Shown here piece by piece: positions 19,226 to 28,677 of a stretch of DNA of 64,000 nt; the first letter of the stretch is position 1; the number at the start of each line of letters is the position of its first letter. The position numbers and the translations under genes are program-made. The stretch is from the NCBI GenBank assembly GCA_963674705.1, contig OY771506.1:448001-512000 (forward strand). The letters are read 5' to 3'. The stretch comes from Phycisphaeraceae bacterium. Lineage in GTDB: Bacteria > Planctomycetota > Phycisphaerae > Phycisphaerales > Phycisphaeraceae. Below the pieces are notes generated by a model, which saw only the letters and a list, made by a program, of their open reading frames with translations, was not told the DNA's origin and ran no database searches.

Positions 19226-20368
19226 TTGGCGGTTGATTTGAAGACCAGCGACGACAAACAAAACCAGCCCCGCCCCCGAGTGACCAAGCCCAGGCGTGCG
19301 CCCAAGTCGCGCGTGACGATCCGTGATGTGGCGGTCGAGGCGGGCGTGAGTATCGGTGCGGTGTCGGACATCATTAACCGGGGCCTGTCACATAATTACG
19401 CGGCCGCGACGCAGGACCGTGTGCGTGCGGCGATGGATCAACTGGGGTATCGGCCGGACCGTGCGGCGCAGGCGCTTAGGCGTGGCCGAACGGATACAGT
19501 CGGCGTGATGCTGTCGCGCGGTTTGGAGAACCCGTACTACGGCCGGCTGTTCCACGAGATCCAGGTGGCGCTTGAGCGGTACAAGCTCAGTTCCGAATTG
19601 ATGGTGTACCCGGCGCAGGAATCGAAAGACTCGCGCCGCGGCGCCGATTGGCTTATCGGCAAGGGCGTAGACGCTTTAATCGTCGGGCCTTTGTATTACT
19701 GGGATGAGCATATCCTCGAGGATTTACGGTCATTGAAAGGCGGCGCGTGTCCGATCGTGACGTTCGGCGCGGTGCGTGATGAAGCGGGGATGCATCATAT
19801 TCTGTTTGAAGATGAGAGTTGCGGGCGGATGGGCGCGGAGTATTTGATCGGTAACGGTCACAAGCGGATCGCGTACCTGGGCGCCTATTCCGCGGCCGAA
19901 GCCGGCAAGGGCAGGGGAACGGTGCAGGAAGGCGTGGAGCGCGTGCTTAAAGCCAATGCCCTGCTCGACCGCGACTGGTTCATCGAAGGGCCCGACCACG
20001 GGCGGTTTGATGAGTGCAAGATGATGGCGGAGAAGTTCGCGGGATTGTGGCTGGACACGGACCCGGCCGACCGCCCCACTGCCGTGATGTGCAAGAACGA
20101 CCAGATGGCGATCACGGCCCTGGCGATCTTTTACGAGTTCGGGATCAAGGTGCCGGAGCAATTGTCGGTGATCGGCTACGACAACGTGCCGGAGAGCGAG
20201 TTTATCGTGCCGTCGCTGACGACGATCGACAACGCGATCAGCGCGCGGGTGGCGAGCGTGGCGGGCCAGGTAGCGAAACTACTTAGTATAAAAGAAGTTG
20301 CATCATGGAAAGCGCCTGCGATCGCGCCATCGTTAATCGCCAGGCGATCGGTGAAGCAGTGTGTTTGA
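19226..20368 (+). CDS. LacI/GalR-family transcriptional regulator
   Basis: VTIRDVAVEAGVSIGAVSDIIN HTH, LGYRPDRAAQAL, GHKRIAYL, KNDQMA, SVIGYDN, PSLTTI; start may be GTG 19280. Confidence 0.93.
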   Translation: MAVDLKTSDDKQNQPRPRVTKPRRAPKSRVTIRDVAVEAGVSIGAVSDIINRGLSHNYAAATQDRVRAAMDQLGYRPDRAAQALRRGRTDTVGVMLSRGLENPYYGRLFHEIQVALERYKLSSELMVYPAQESKDSRRGADWLIGKGVDALIVGPLYYWDEHILEDLRSLKGGACPIVTFGAVRDEAGMHHILFEDESCGRMGAEYLIGNGHKRIAYLGAYSAAEAGKGRGTVQEGVERVLKANALLDRDWFIEGPDHGRFDECKMMAEKFAGLWLDTDPADRPTAVMCKNDQMAITALAIFYEFGIKVPEQLSVIGYDNVPESEFIVPSLTTIDNAISARVASVAGQVAKLLSIKEVASWKAPAIAPSLIARRSVKQCV

Positions 20369-20424
20369 GGAACCGGAGTGAGTCCTGGGAAGGTCCGGGG
20401 AGAAGTGAATTTATCATTTTTTGA

Positions 20425-20536
20425 TTGACAGAGATGGGAGAATCGTTAAGATTTAAGCAGTTTGAAACGTTCAATCAACACTTGGCGGAGTCTAGGTTGT
20501 GCTTCTAAGCCCGACCGCTCAAATCGAAACGTTCAA
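20425..20536 (+). promoter_or_regulatory. Sigma70-type promoter followed by two LacI-type operators
   Basis: TTGACA(20425)-16-TAAGAT; TTGAAACGTTCAA at 20462-20474 and GAAACGTTCAA at 20526-20536. Confidence 0.7.
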
Positions 20537-20660
20537 ATCAGCGGTTGAAAACCGCACACAGATATACCGCCGCCCGACGGGATTCGGGCAAGACTATATA
20601 AGTCACTTCGACAGCTTCACAGCGTTGGATTCTTCAACAACACCAAGAGGAGGAATGAGA

Positions 20661-21392
20661 ATGGACGGAGTAAGGAGAAAGTTGTGCGTGGCCGCCGTAG
20701 CCATGTTCGGCTGCGCGGCGATGGCGAGCGGGGCGACGTTTACCGAAGGCAATCAGGTCGGCTGGACCTGGAGCGACATCCAGGGCCAGACGTTCGGCGC
20801 GGGCATTGAGCCGGTGGCTGATCCGGGCTTGGCTGCAGGTGATCCGGTGTACCTGACCAGCTTTGAGCTGACCCGCAGCGGCGCCGGCTACGGCGATCCG
20901 GATGCGGATGTGTACCTGGCGATCATGCCCGCCGCGTTCTATGACTGGAACAGTGCCCCCACGACCGGCGACGCTGTCGGCATCTCGGAAAATTCATACA
21001 ACCCCTCGACGGTTGCTGAGAACACCGTGATGGCGTTCACGTTCGATACGGGTCTTGAGCTTGCGTATGACGGCGTGTACTCGGCGGTGTACGTCACGAT
21101 CAGCGGCGGCGCGTTGACGCCGGTGACGGTCGGCTCGTTGATCGCCGACTGGAATGAAGTCTCGCCGGGCGTGTGGATGCCCGATCCGAATTACGGCGGC
21201 ACGAACAACTGGGACGCGGTTGTGCTGTACGCCGACTATGACGGCAACGGTTATCAGGAAGGCGGCTCCATGGCCAGCGACGCGAACTTCCTGGCAAGCT
21301 TCTCAACGGAACCCATTCCGGAACCGGCATCGGCGGCGCTACTGCTGGGTGGCACGGCGGTACTGGTATCGGCACGCAAACGTCGCAGTTAA
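20661..21392 (+). CDS. PEP-CTERM surface protein, no dockerin (paralogue of 21498..22445)
   Basis: GAGGAGG RBS before ATG 20661; signal peptide; IPEPAS + TM + RKRR. Confidence 0.85.
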   Translation: MDGVRRKLCVAAVAMFGCAAMASGATFTEGNQVGWTWSDIQGQTFGAGIEPVADPGLAAGDPVYLTSFELTRSGAGYGDPDADVYLAIMPAAFYDWNSAPTTGDAVGISENSYNPSTVAENTVMAFTFDTGLELAYDGVYSAVYVTISGGALTPVTVGSLIADWNEVSPGVWMPDPNYGGTNNWDAVVLYADYDGNGYQEGGSMASDANFLASFSTEPIPEPASAALLLGGTAVLVSARKRRS

Positions 21393-21497
21393 TGCGCGTA
21401 AATCCTCCCTGTCTGCCCGTGTGTTAAAGCACGCGGGCAGGCCTTTCCCGGCCGATTGGCCGGATGCAGAGCGGCACAAAAAAGGAGCAAGGATAAC

Positions 21498-22445
21498 ATG
21501 GCAACGAGCAAGACAAACAAGCTGTTGGGGGCTGCCGTCGCGATCGCAGGTTTAGCGTCGCTTTCGGCGACAAGCGGTTTTGCCCAGACCTTTACGGAAG
21601 GGAACATCGCGGGTACGACATGGTCGGACGTTTGGGGCCAGGGATTTGTGGTCGGTCTGGAAGCGACTCCTGATCCGGGTCTGACTGAAGGCGACGAGGT
21701 AACGCTGGTTGACTTCACGAGCTACCGCGCCGGCGCGGGCTTCGGCGATCCGGATGCGGATGTGTACCTAGTGATCACGGAAGGGACGTTCTTCGATTGG
21801 AACGGTGAGTTGGATGACTGGACGCCGACCACCGCGGACCTGGTCGCGGTCTCAACCAACTCATTTAATCCGTCGACGCTCGCAGCGAATGATGCGATGA
21901 CGTACACGTTCGACTCCAGTGCGGTTCTGCTGGCGGGCAGCAACTACGGCGCTGTGTATGCGACGATCGACGAGAATGACATGGTCACGCCGGTGCAGGT
22001 AGGCAGCATCATCGGCGACTGGTATGAAGATGAACTGCTGGGCATCTGGTTACCCGTGCAGAACCACGGCGACCAGGAATTATTCGAAGCCAGCGCGCTG
22101 TTTGCTGACTGGGACGGCGAAGGAAGTCTGGACGGCTGCCAACTCGGTTGCGACATCAGCTTCCTGGCAACATTCTCGGTCGGCGCCGGTTTGGAAGGTG
22201 ACCTGAATGGCGACGGGTTTGTTGGTCTGGATGACCTTGACATCATCCTCACCGCGTGGAACCAGAGCGTGACGGCGGGCAGCGAGCCCGATCCTTCGGG
22301 CGACGGATTTGTCGGGCTGGATGATCTGGACCTGGTATTGAATAACTGGAACGCGGGCACGGCTCCGGCCGCGGCGGTGGTGCCTGAACCGGCGACACTC
22401 GGGCTCTTGAGTCTGGGTGGGTTGGCGCTACTGCGTCGCAAGTAA
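21498..22445 (+). CDS. PEP-CTERM surface protein with two dockerin-like repeats
   Basis: Signal peptide ..SGFA; shares TFTEGN..TWSD..GDPDADVYL with upstream gene; two GDGFVGLDDLD repeats; VPEPAT + TM + RRK. Confidence 0.85.
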   Translation: MATSKTNKLLGAAVAIAGLASLSATSGFAQTFTEGNIAGTTWSDVWGQGFVVGLEATPDPGLTEGDEVTLVDFTSYRAGAGFGDPDADVYLVITEGTFFDWNGELDDWTPTTADLVAVSTNSFNPSTLAANDAMTYTFDSSAVLLAGSNYGAVYATIDENDMVTPVQVGSIIGDWYEDELLGIWLPVQNHGDQELFEASALFADWDGEGSLDGCQLGCDISFLATFSVGAGLEGDLNGDGFVGLDDLDIILTAWNQSVTAGSEPDPSGDGFVGLDDLDLVLNNWNAGTAPAAAVVPEPATLGLLSLGGLALLRRK

Positions 22446-22558
22446 AGAAGACCGATGCGGCTCACGGCTTAACGGTCGTGGGCCGTCTTAAACCAACCAA
22501 GATGCTGACAGCGCCGCTTCTCCCACGGCGCGGGCGATCTAACCAGAACGGAACCCGT

Positions 22559-23401
22559 ATGAAACAGACACGACACACAACTTGTAGCCGGGCGTTCACG
22601 CTGATTGAACTGCTGGTGGTGATATCGATCATCGCGCTGCTGGTGGGGATATTGCTGCCGGCGTTGGGTGCGGCTCGGCGTTCTGCACAGAAGGCGGTGT
22701 GCCTGTCAAACGAACGGCAGTTAGGTGTGGCGGTGTTCACGTATGCAACCGCGAACGATCAGTATGTGCCGTTGGGCTATTCGGGGAGTCTGGACTTCAG
22801 TTACTTCCTCTACTCGCAGTTCTACGATAACAATGCACCGTGGGGCACGTTGTATTTTTCGGATGACTCGATCCAGACGCGTGATGTATGGTTATGCCCG
22901 TCAGCAAGTGGTCCGGAATGGCTGAATGAACACATCGAAAATTCGGTGTTCCCTGTGCCGAAGGCGGGTGATAATGAAACGTTGGATACGGCCTCTCATT
23001 ACGCGAGCCGGCCGTTCCGGTATGCAAATATCGACCCGAAGCCGGATACCTACTGGAACTACGATCCGGCACTTACCAAACATAAAGTCGCCAACATGGA
23101 CAAGGACGACATCGGTTCATCGGTAGCGATCATTGCCGACATGTTCGCGGGGCCGGACCTGATCAAGGCGAGACACGAAAAGAGCATCAACGTCACCTAT
23201 GGTGACGGCAGTTCGGAGTCGTTTGATCTCTATCAGAAGAATGATCTGGATTTAACTGAAGTCCACAATTCAGACGTTTCACAAATAGCCGACCGTTCTT
23301 TAGGTGAAGTACTCGACCTCTACTTGAGCTTGCCGCCTGAGTTACCGATTGCCGCACGTAATGTGATCGCGCGTCGTGGCTGGCCTTTGATCGATCGGTA
23401 A
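22559..23401 (+). CDS. Prepilin-type N-terminal cleavage/methylation, H-X9-DG protein (DUF1559-type)
   Basis: [50 protein letters not shown]; start moved to ATG 22559. Confidence 0.9.
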   Translation: MKQTRHTTCSRAFTLIELLVVISIIALLVGILLPALGAARRSAQKAVCLSNERQLGVAVFTYATANDQYVPLGYSGSLDFSYFLYSQFYDNNAPWGTLYFSDDSIQTRDVWLCPSASGPEWLNEHIENSVFPVPKAGDNETLDTASHYASRPFRYANIDPKPDTYWNYDPALTKHKVANMDKDDIGSSVAIIADMFAGPDLIKARHEKSINVTYGDGSSESFDLYQKNDLDLTEVHNSDVSQIADRSLGEVLDLYLSLPPELPIAARNVIARRGWPLIDR

Positions 23402-23424
23402 CTAGTGGATAGCAGGAGAAGCAG

Positions 23425-23456
23425 TTAGCCACGGATGAACACGGATTAACACAGAT
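23425..23456 (+). repeat. Decamer-based repeat family C (TTAGCCACGGATGAACACGGAT..)
   Basis: ttagccacggatgaacacggattaacacagat; related copies at ~27130 (degenerate), 40033, 40441 (rev), 40992 (rev). Confidence 0.8.
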
Positions 23457-23496
23457 GAAGAACGTCTCAATTGAGTTCACTGAATCTGTTTGCAAC

Positions 23497-23577
23497 GGGT
23501 GCCACGTTTTGACCGCGCAGCGGCAAAGCGTGCCTTACCGATACACACTTTGCCCTTCGGGTCAAAGTGTGGCACCC
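23497..23577. repeat. REPIN-like inverted pair (GGGTGCCAC..GTGGCACCC)
   Basis: gggtgccacgttttgacc ... ggtcaaagtgtggcaccc with inner ggcaaagcgtg/cacactttgcc arms. Confidence 0.75.
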
Positions 23578-23633
23578 AAAGCGACTGTCTAAAAGTGGGG
23601 ATGGATATATCCAAGCATTGTGGGAGTCGGAGG

Positions 23634-25097
23634 ATGATGGATAGACAACGCGTGAGTAAGGGCCTGTCGGTTGGGAAGTATTCACGACGGGCAGGGTTAT
23701 TCATCACGACGGCTGCGGTTTGCGCGTTGACGGTGTCAATCGCGAGTGCGGATACCACCGAATACTACGTCGGCGCATCCATGAACTTTGCTTCCTACCT
23801 GCAGGACAAAGGCATCGTTTATAAAGAGAACGGAGTGGCGACCGATCCGTATGCGAGCATCGCCAATCACGGCGGGAATATCGTGCGGCTGGAGCATGTG
23901 TTCGGGCCTTACGAGAACTCCTATACAAACGGTTACGGCCCGGTGGACTGGGGCGAGTGGAACCGGGTGAAGAACGATGTGGCGACGGCTAACTCGTATG
24001 ATTTGGATGTGTTCTTGACGCTGACGTTCAAGCCGCAGGCGTCGCATATCAATGCGGGCTCGTCGAATTACATCCCCGATGAGTGGGTGGGTTTGAGTGA
24101 CTACCAGCTCAAGCAGAACATTTATAACTCGACGTACAGCATGCTGGATGAGCTGGGAGCGGCGGGGACGCTGCCGGCGTTTGTGTCGATCGGCAACGAA
24201 GTGAACGGCATGTTCATGGAGAACCCGTATGGGTACAGCTACGATGCGCAGCGGATGACGGACATGATGAACGCGGGGTTCGACGCGGTGAAGGCTATCG
24301 CGGCGGCGTACAACACGGATATTCATGCGGCGGCGCACATCTTCGGGCCTGACAATATTGATTGGTGGCTGAACACGGCGGACTGGACGAACCTGAACGA
24401 CTTCGATACGGTCGCGCTGTCGTACTACCCGGACTGGCACAGCTTCAACGACTTCGGCGGCGATTGGGGGACGCTGGCGCAGTGGGCGAAGAATACCTAC
24501 GGCAAGAACGTGTTTGTGCTGGAGACGGCGCAGTCGTGGACGAACGGGTTCAGCGACAGCAAGAACAACGTGTATACGTACAACCCGTACCCGGGCCAGT
24601 CGCTTTCGCCGGCAACGCAACGGCAGTTCCTGGCGGACATGGCGCAGGAGTTGATCGACGGCGGCGGGCTTGGTGTGATCACGTGGGGCACGGAATGGGT
24701 CGGGTCGGAAGGCGTGCTTGCGTATGCCGATCAATGGGGCGACGGTTCGAGCTGGGAGAACAATACGTACTGGGACTTCGACAACAACCTGCACGACGGC
24801 ATCAACTGGATGGCGGACATCCAGGACCTGTACGGACCCGACGAGATCGAGGGCGACCTGGATGGTGATGGGTTTGTGGGCTTGGATGATCTGGATATCG
24901 TGCTTGGCAGTTGGAACCAGAGCGTGACAGCGGGCAGCTCGCCTGATCCGACGGGTGATGGGTTTGTCGGGCTGGACGATTTGGACGTGGTGCTGGGTAA
25001 TTGGAACGCGGGGACGCCGGCAAGCGCTGTGATCCCCGAGCCGATGGGGCCGGTTGTATTCGGTTTATTTGCACCGATGCTGTTAAAGCGTCGGTGA
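23634..25097 (+). CDS. Secreted GH53 endo-galactanase with two dockerin-like repeats and PEP-CTERM
   Basis: Signal peptide ..SIASA; GNIVRL, VSIGNEVN, ALSYYPDWH, VLETA, SSWENN.YWDF; dockerin pair; IPEP + TM + KRR. Start moved from 23490. Confidence 0.85.
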   Translation: MMDRQRVSKGLSVGKYSRRAGLFITTAAVCALTVSIASADTTEYYVGASMNFASYLQDKGIVYKENGVATDPYASIANHGGNIVRLEHVFGPYENSYTNGYGPVDWGEWNRVKNDVATANSYDLDVFLTLTFKPQASHINAGSSNYIPDEWVGLSDYQLKQNIYNSTYSMLDELGAAGTLPAFVSIGNEVNGMFMENPYGYSYDAQRMTDMMNAGFDAVKAIAAAYNTDIHAAAHIFGPDNIDWWLNTADWTNLNDFDTVALSYYPDWHSFNDFGGDWGTLAQWAKNTYGKNVFVLETAQSWTNGFSDSKNNVYTYNPYPGQSLSPATQRQFLADMAQELIDGGGLGVITWGTEWVGSEGVLAYADQWGDGSSWENNTYWDFDNNLHDGINWMADIQDLYGPDEIEGDLDGDGFVGLDDLDIVLGSWNQSVTAGSSPDPTGDGFVGLDDLDVVLGNWNAGTPASAVIPEPMGPVVFGLFAPMLLKRR

Positions 25098-25300
25098 CGC
25101 GTCTACACTTCGGTTTGTATGCGCAATCGGTTGATTTAACTGCGCAATCCGATAAAAATGGTGGTGCGGCGCGCTGCTTAAGCGATAGCAGTCGTTATAT
25201 TCATGGTGTAACATATCACTCACCATGTGTTATCGTTTGGGTGCGGCAGGGTTAAACAAACATATCGTTTTGAGATGAATACTTCACTTGGAAACTGAAC

Positions 25301-27091
25301 ATGCTTGACAGTTCAATGGACGTGTTGTTGCCGGTGCTTGCTCAAGAAAGCGCGAATCTGGCCGGCTTCGACTGGTTGATCATCGGATTGTACTTTGTTC
25401 TGCTGGTCGGGATTGTCTGGTGGTCGAGCAAGAAACAGGACACGACGGCGGATTACTTCCTGGCTGGGCGTAACGTCGGGTGGTTCGTGATCGGTGCGTC
25501 GTTGTTTGCATCGAATATTGGTTCAGAGCACGTGGTGGGTCTTGCCGGGCAGGGTGCGGTATCGGGTATGGCGATGGCGCACTACGAGCTGCACGCGTGG
25601 ATCATGATCATGCTGGCCTGGTTGTTCGTGCCGTTCTATTACAGGACGGGTGTGTACACGATCCCCGAGTTTCTGGAGAAGCGCTTCGGGCCGACGGCGC
25701 GGTGGATCCTGTCGCTGGTGTCGCTGATTGCTTACATCTTCACGAAGGTGTCGGTAACGGTGTACGCCGGTGCGGTGGTATTTTCGGCGTTACTGCCGAA
25801 CACGTTTGGGAATGTCGCGGAATCCATCAATCAGATGCTGAGCCTGACGGGCGACGCCGCGTGGACCGGCGGGGATGCGGCGTTCTGGATCGGCGCGATC
25901 CTGACCGTGGTGCTGACGGGTATCTACACCGTCTTCGGCGGGCTGCGCGCGGTGCTCTACACCGACACGGTGCAGGCGATCCTGCTGTTGATCGGTTCGG
26001 TGTGCATCACGACGATCGGGCTGAAACATCTGGGTGGGTGGGGTGAGTTGCAATCGATGGCGAAGGAGAATGCGGATGCGTTTTCGTTGTGGCGGCCTTG
26101 GGATGATCCGGAATTCCCGTGGCTGGGCATCTTGATCGGTTCGCCGATCGTCGGGATCTGGTACTGGTGTACGGATCAATACATCGTGCAGCGGACGCTG
26201 TCGGCAAAGAACCTGCGTAACGCGCGGCGCGGCGCGCTGTGGGGCGGCGTGCTGAAGGTCTGGCCCGTGCTGATCTTCATCATCCCGGGCATGATCGGCT
26301 GGGCGCTGCACACCAAGGGGATCATCCAGATCCCGTTGAAGGCAGACGGCGGGCTGGACGGGGACAAGGTGTTCCCGACGCTGGTGATGTCGCTGCTGCC
26401 GACGGGGCTGCGCGGGCTGGTGGTGGCGGGCCTGCTGGCGGCGTTGATGAGTTCGCTGTCGTCGTTGTTCAATTCCTCGGCGTCGCTGTTCACGGTGGAC
26501 GTATATGAGAAGCTGCGGCCGAATATGCCGGAGCGGCACCTGGTGCGTGTGGGGCGGATTGCGACGTTGATCGTGGTGCTGGCGGGGCTGGCGTGGATCC
26601 CGGTGATGAAGCTTGTCGACGACGGCGGGTTGTATCAGTACCTGCAATCGGTGCAGGCGTATCTCGCCCCGCCGATCACGGCGGTGTTCCTGCTGGGTCT
26701 ACTGTGGCGCGGCACGACCAGCGCTGGTGCGGTCGCGGGGCTGTTGATCGGGTTTGCGATCGGGTTCAGCAAGACCATCGTGCAGGCGCTGTACGGGGCC
26801 TCAGAAGACAAGATCAACAGCCCGGAAGTTCTGGCTCAACTCGGTGACTTCAATTGGCTTTACTTCTCGTCGATCCTGTTTGGCATCTGCGTGGTGGTGA
26901 TCCTTGCGGTCAGTGCGGTGACACGACGTGCGGAAGAGGAGAAGATCGTCGGCCTAACCTGGGGCGGCGGTACCGAGGAGGACCGACGCGAGCTGCGCGA
27001 GAGCTGGGGCGCGTTTGATATCGTACTGACCGTACTGGTGATCGGGCTGGTGCTGGGGATGTATGGGTACTTCACGTTCTGGCTGATGTAG
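25301..27091 (+). CDS. Sodium:sugar symporter (SSS, vSGLT-like; probably galactose)
   Basis: YFLAGRNVGWFVIGASLFASNIGSEH, YELHAW, WYWCTDQYIVQRTL, GLLAALMSSLSS. Confidence 0.92.
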   Translation: MLDSSMDVLLPVLAQESANLAGFDWLIIGLYFVLLVGIVWWSSKKQDTTADYFLAGRNVGWFVIGASLFASNIGSEHVVGLAGQGAVSGMAMAHYELHAWIMIMLAWLFVPFYYRTGVYTIPEFLEKRFGPTARWILSLVSLIAYIFTKVSVTVYAGAVVFSALLPNTFGNVAESINQMLSLTGDAAWTGGDAAFWIGAILTVVLTGIYTVFGGLRAVLYTDTVQAILLLIGSVCITTIGLKHLGGWGELQSMAKENADAFSLWRPWDDPEFPWLGILIGSPIVGIWYWCTDQYIVQRTLSAKNLRNARRGALWGGVLKVWPVLIFIIPGMIGWALHTKGIIQIPLKADGGLDGDKVFPTLVMSLLPTGLRGLVVAGLLAALMSSLSSLFNSSASLFTVDVYEKLRPNMPERHLVRVGRIATLIVVLAGLAWIPVMKLVDDGGLYQYLQSVQAYLAPPITAVFLLGLLWRGTTSAGAVAGLLIGFAIGFSKTIVQALYGASEDKINSPEVLAQLGDFNWLYFSSILFGICVVVILAVSAVTRRAEEEKIVGLTWGGGTEEDRRELRESWGAFDIVLTVLVIGLVLGMYGYFTFWLM

Positions 27092-27165
27092 GCCAAATGA
27101 AGTCTCCTTAACCATCATGAAGTCGTGCTTTAGCCACAGATAAATATGGATAGCGCAGAATCCCA

Positions 27166-27283
27166 GTCCCTTTTCCCCTCGGGAGAAGGTTGGGATGAGG
27201 GGCGGATTGATTAGGCGCTCTTATTTAAAACTGTATACACAAGGTCACTGGCCCTCACCCCGGTTCTCCGGGGGGAAAGGGAG
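27166..27283. repeat. Family A composite element (two inverted REP-like ends with conserved spacer)
   Basis: Aligns along ~100 nt with the reverse complement of 40754-40851; sits between convergent genes. Confidence 0.8.
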
Positions 27284-27288
27284 TGAGT

Positions 27289-28485
27289 TCAGGCTTCGAT
27301 CAGGTGGGCGCCCTGGGCGGGGCGGGTGACGAAAGGTGTTGCCTCGGTGCCGATCTGTTTCTTGTAGGCGTTGCAGATCGTATCGGCAATGGATTGGGCT
27401 TTATCGGCGCGGACGAGGTTGACGGTGCAGCCGCCGAAGCCGCCGCCGGTCATGCGTGCGCCTATGACGCCGCCGTCGCCTTTGAGTTCCGATGCGAGTT
27501 TAACGAGCAAATCGAGTTCAGGCGTGGAGACTTCGTACTTCACGCTCAGCGATTCGTGCGAAGCGAACATGGCTTCGCCTGCCTTTTCCAGGTTTTTCAA
27601 TGCCATCGCGTCGGCGAAGGCGAGTGTGCGCTCATCTTCATAGATGACGTGGTCGGCCCGCATGTATTGGACTTCGGAGAGCCTGCCCTTTGCGTCTTCG
27701 AGCATGGCGGGTGTTGCGTCGCGCAGTTGATTAACGCCGAGGATTTGCGCCGCCTGTTCGCATTGCGTGCGTCGTTCGGCGTATTCCCCGCCGGATAGTT
27801 CGTGTTTGACGTTCGAGTTGATGATGAGGATTGCGAGGCCTTCATCATCGAGCGGGACGTCGCGCGTGGAGTAGTCACGACAATCAATAAGCAAGGCGCA
27901 GCCTTCCTTGCCCATGGCGCTGATGAACTGGTCCATGATGCCGCAGGGCGTTCCGCCGTAGCGGTGTTCAGCCATCTGGCAGAGCATGGCCTTGTTGACG
28001 GGGTTGAAGCTGATCCCGCCTAGCGCTTCGAGCGCGGTCGCGGTGGCAAGTTCGATCGCGGCGGAGGATGAGAGCCCCCCACCGGCGGGAACGTTGGAAT
28101 CGAGCATCAGGTCGAAGCCGGTCGGCGTGTAGCTGAAGGCGACGACGCCGCGCAGGTAGCGGGACCAGTCGGGGTCGCCCAGGCCGATCGGCGCGGTGTG
28201 GATGGTTTCGCCGTTGATATCGACGGGCAGTTCGGCTTCGCCGGGTAGTGCCGTGGAGCGCATGTGCGCGATCTTGTCGGTGCGTGGGCGGAGCATGACG
28301 ACGCTCTGGCGTTCGATAGCCATGGGCAGGACGAACCCGCCGTTGTAGTCGGTGTGTTCGCCGATAAGATTGACGCGCCCCGGCGCGACGGCGGCGATGG
28401 TCGGTTCAGCACCAAAAGCCTCCTGAAAGGCTTTTCGCGTGGCGTCGATCTGGTCCTGCAACTGCTGGGCGTGTGTGTCTGGCAT
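27289..28485 (-). CDS. galK: Galactokinase
   Basis: PGRVNLIGEHTDYNGGFVLPMAI, PAGGGLSSSAA, CGIMDQF, GARMTGGGFGG. Confidence 0.97.
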   Translation of the reverse strand: MPDTHAQQLQDQIDATRKAFQEAFGAEPTIAAVAPGRVNLIGEHTDYNGGFVLPMAIERQSVVMLRPRTDKIAHMRSTALPGEAELPVDINGETIHTAPIGLGDPDWSRYLRGVVAFSYTPTGFDLMLDSNVPAGGGLSSSAAIELATATALEALGGISFNPVNKAMLCQMAEHRYGGTPCGIMDQFISAMGKEGCALLIDCRDYSTRDVPLDDEGLAILIINSNVKHELSGGEYAERRTQCEQAAQILGVNQLRDATPAMLEDAKGRLSEVQYMRADHVIYEDERTLAFADAMALKNLEKAGEAMFASHESLSVKYEVSTPELDLLVKLASELKGDGGVIGARMTGGGFGGCTVNLVRADKAQSIADTICNAYKKQIGTEATPFVTRPAQGAHLIEA

Positions 28486-28677
28486 AGCCGCACATCTTAG
28501 CGAAATCCTGCCAGCGATTGACCGGGAAGAGATTCAAAAGTCCGCGAAGCAAACCGGCCGATGCAATTATCAGTTGCATGACTTAACCCCAAATTGCCCG
28601 ACTTACCGTAAGTGATGGAATAAGGTAAAGTACGGATAATCTTGGAGGACGAATACACCCCAATCTCGGGAGGTGTG

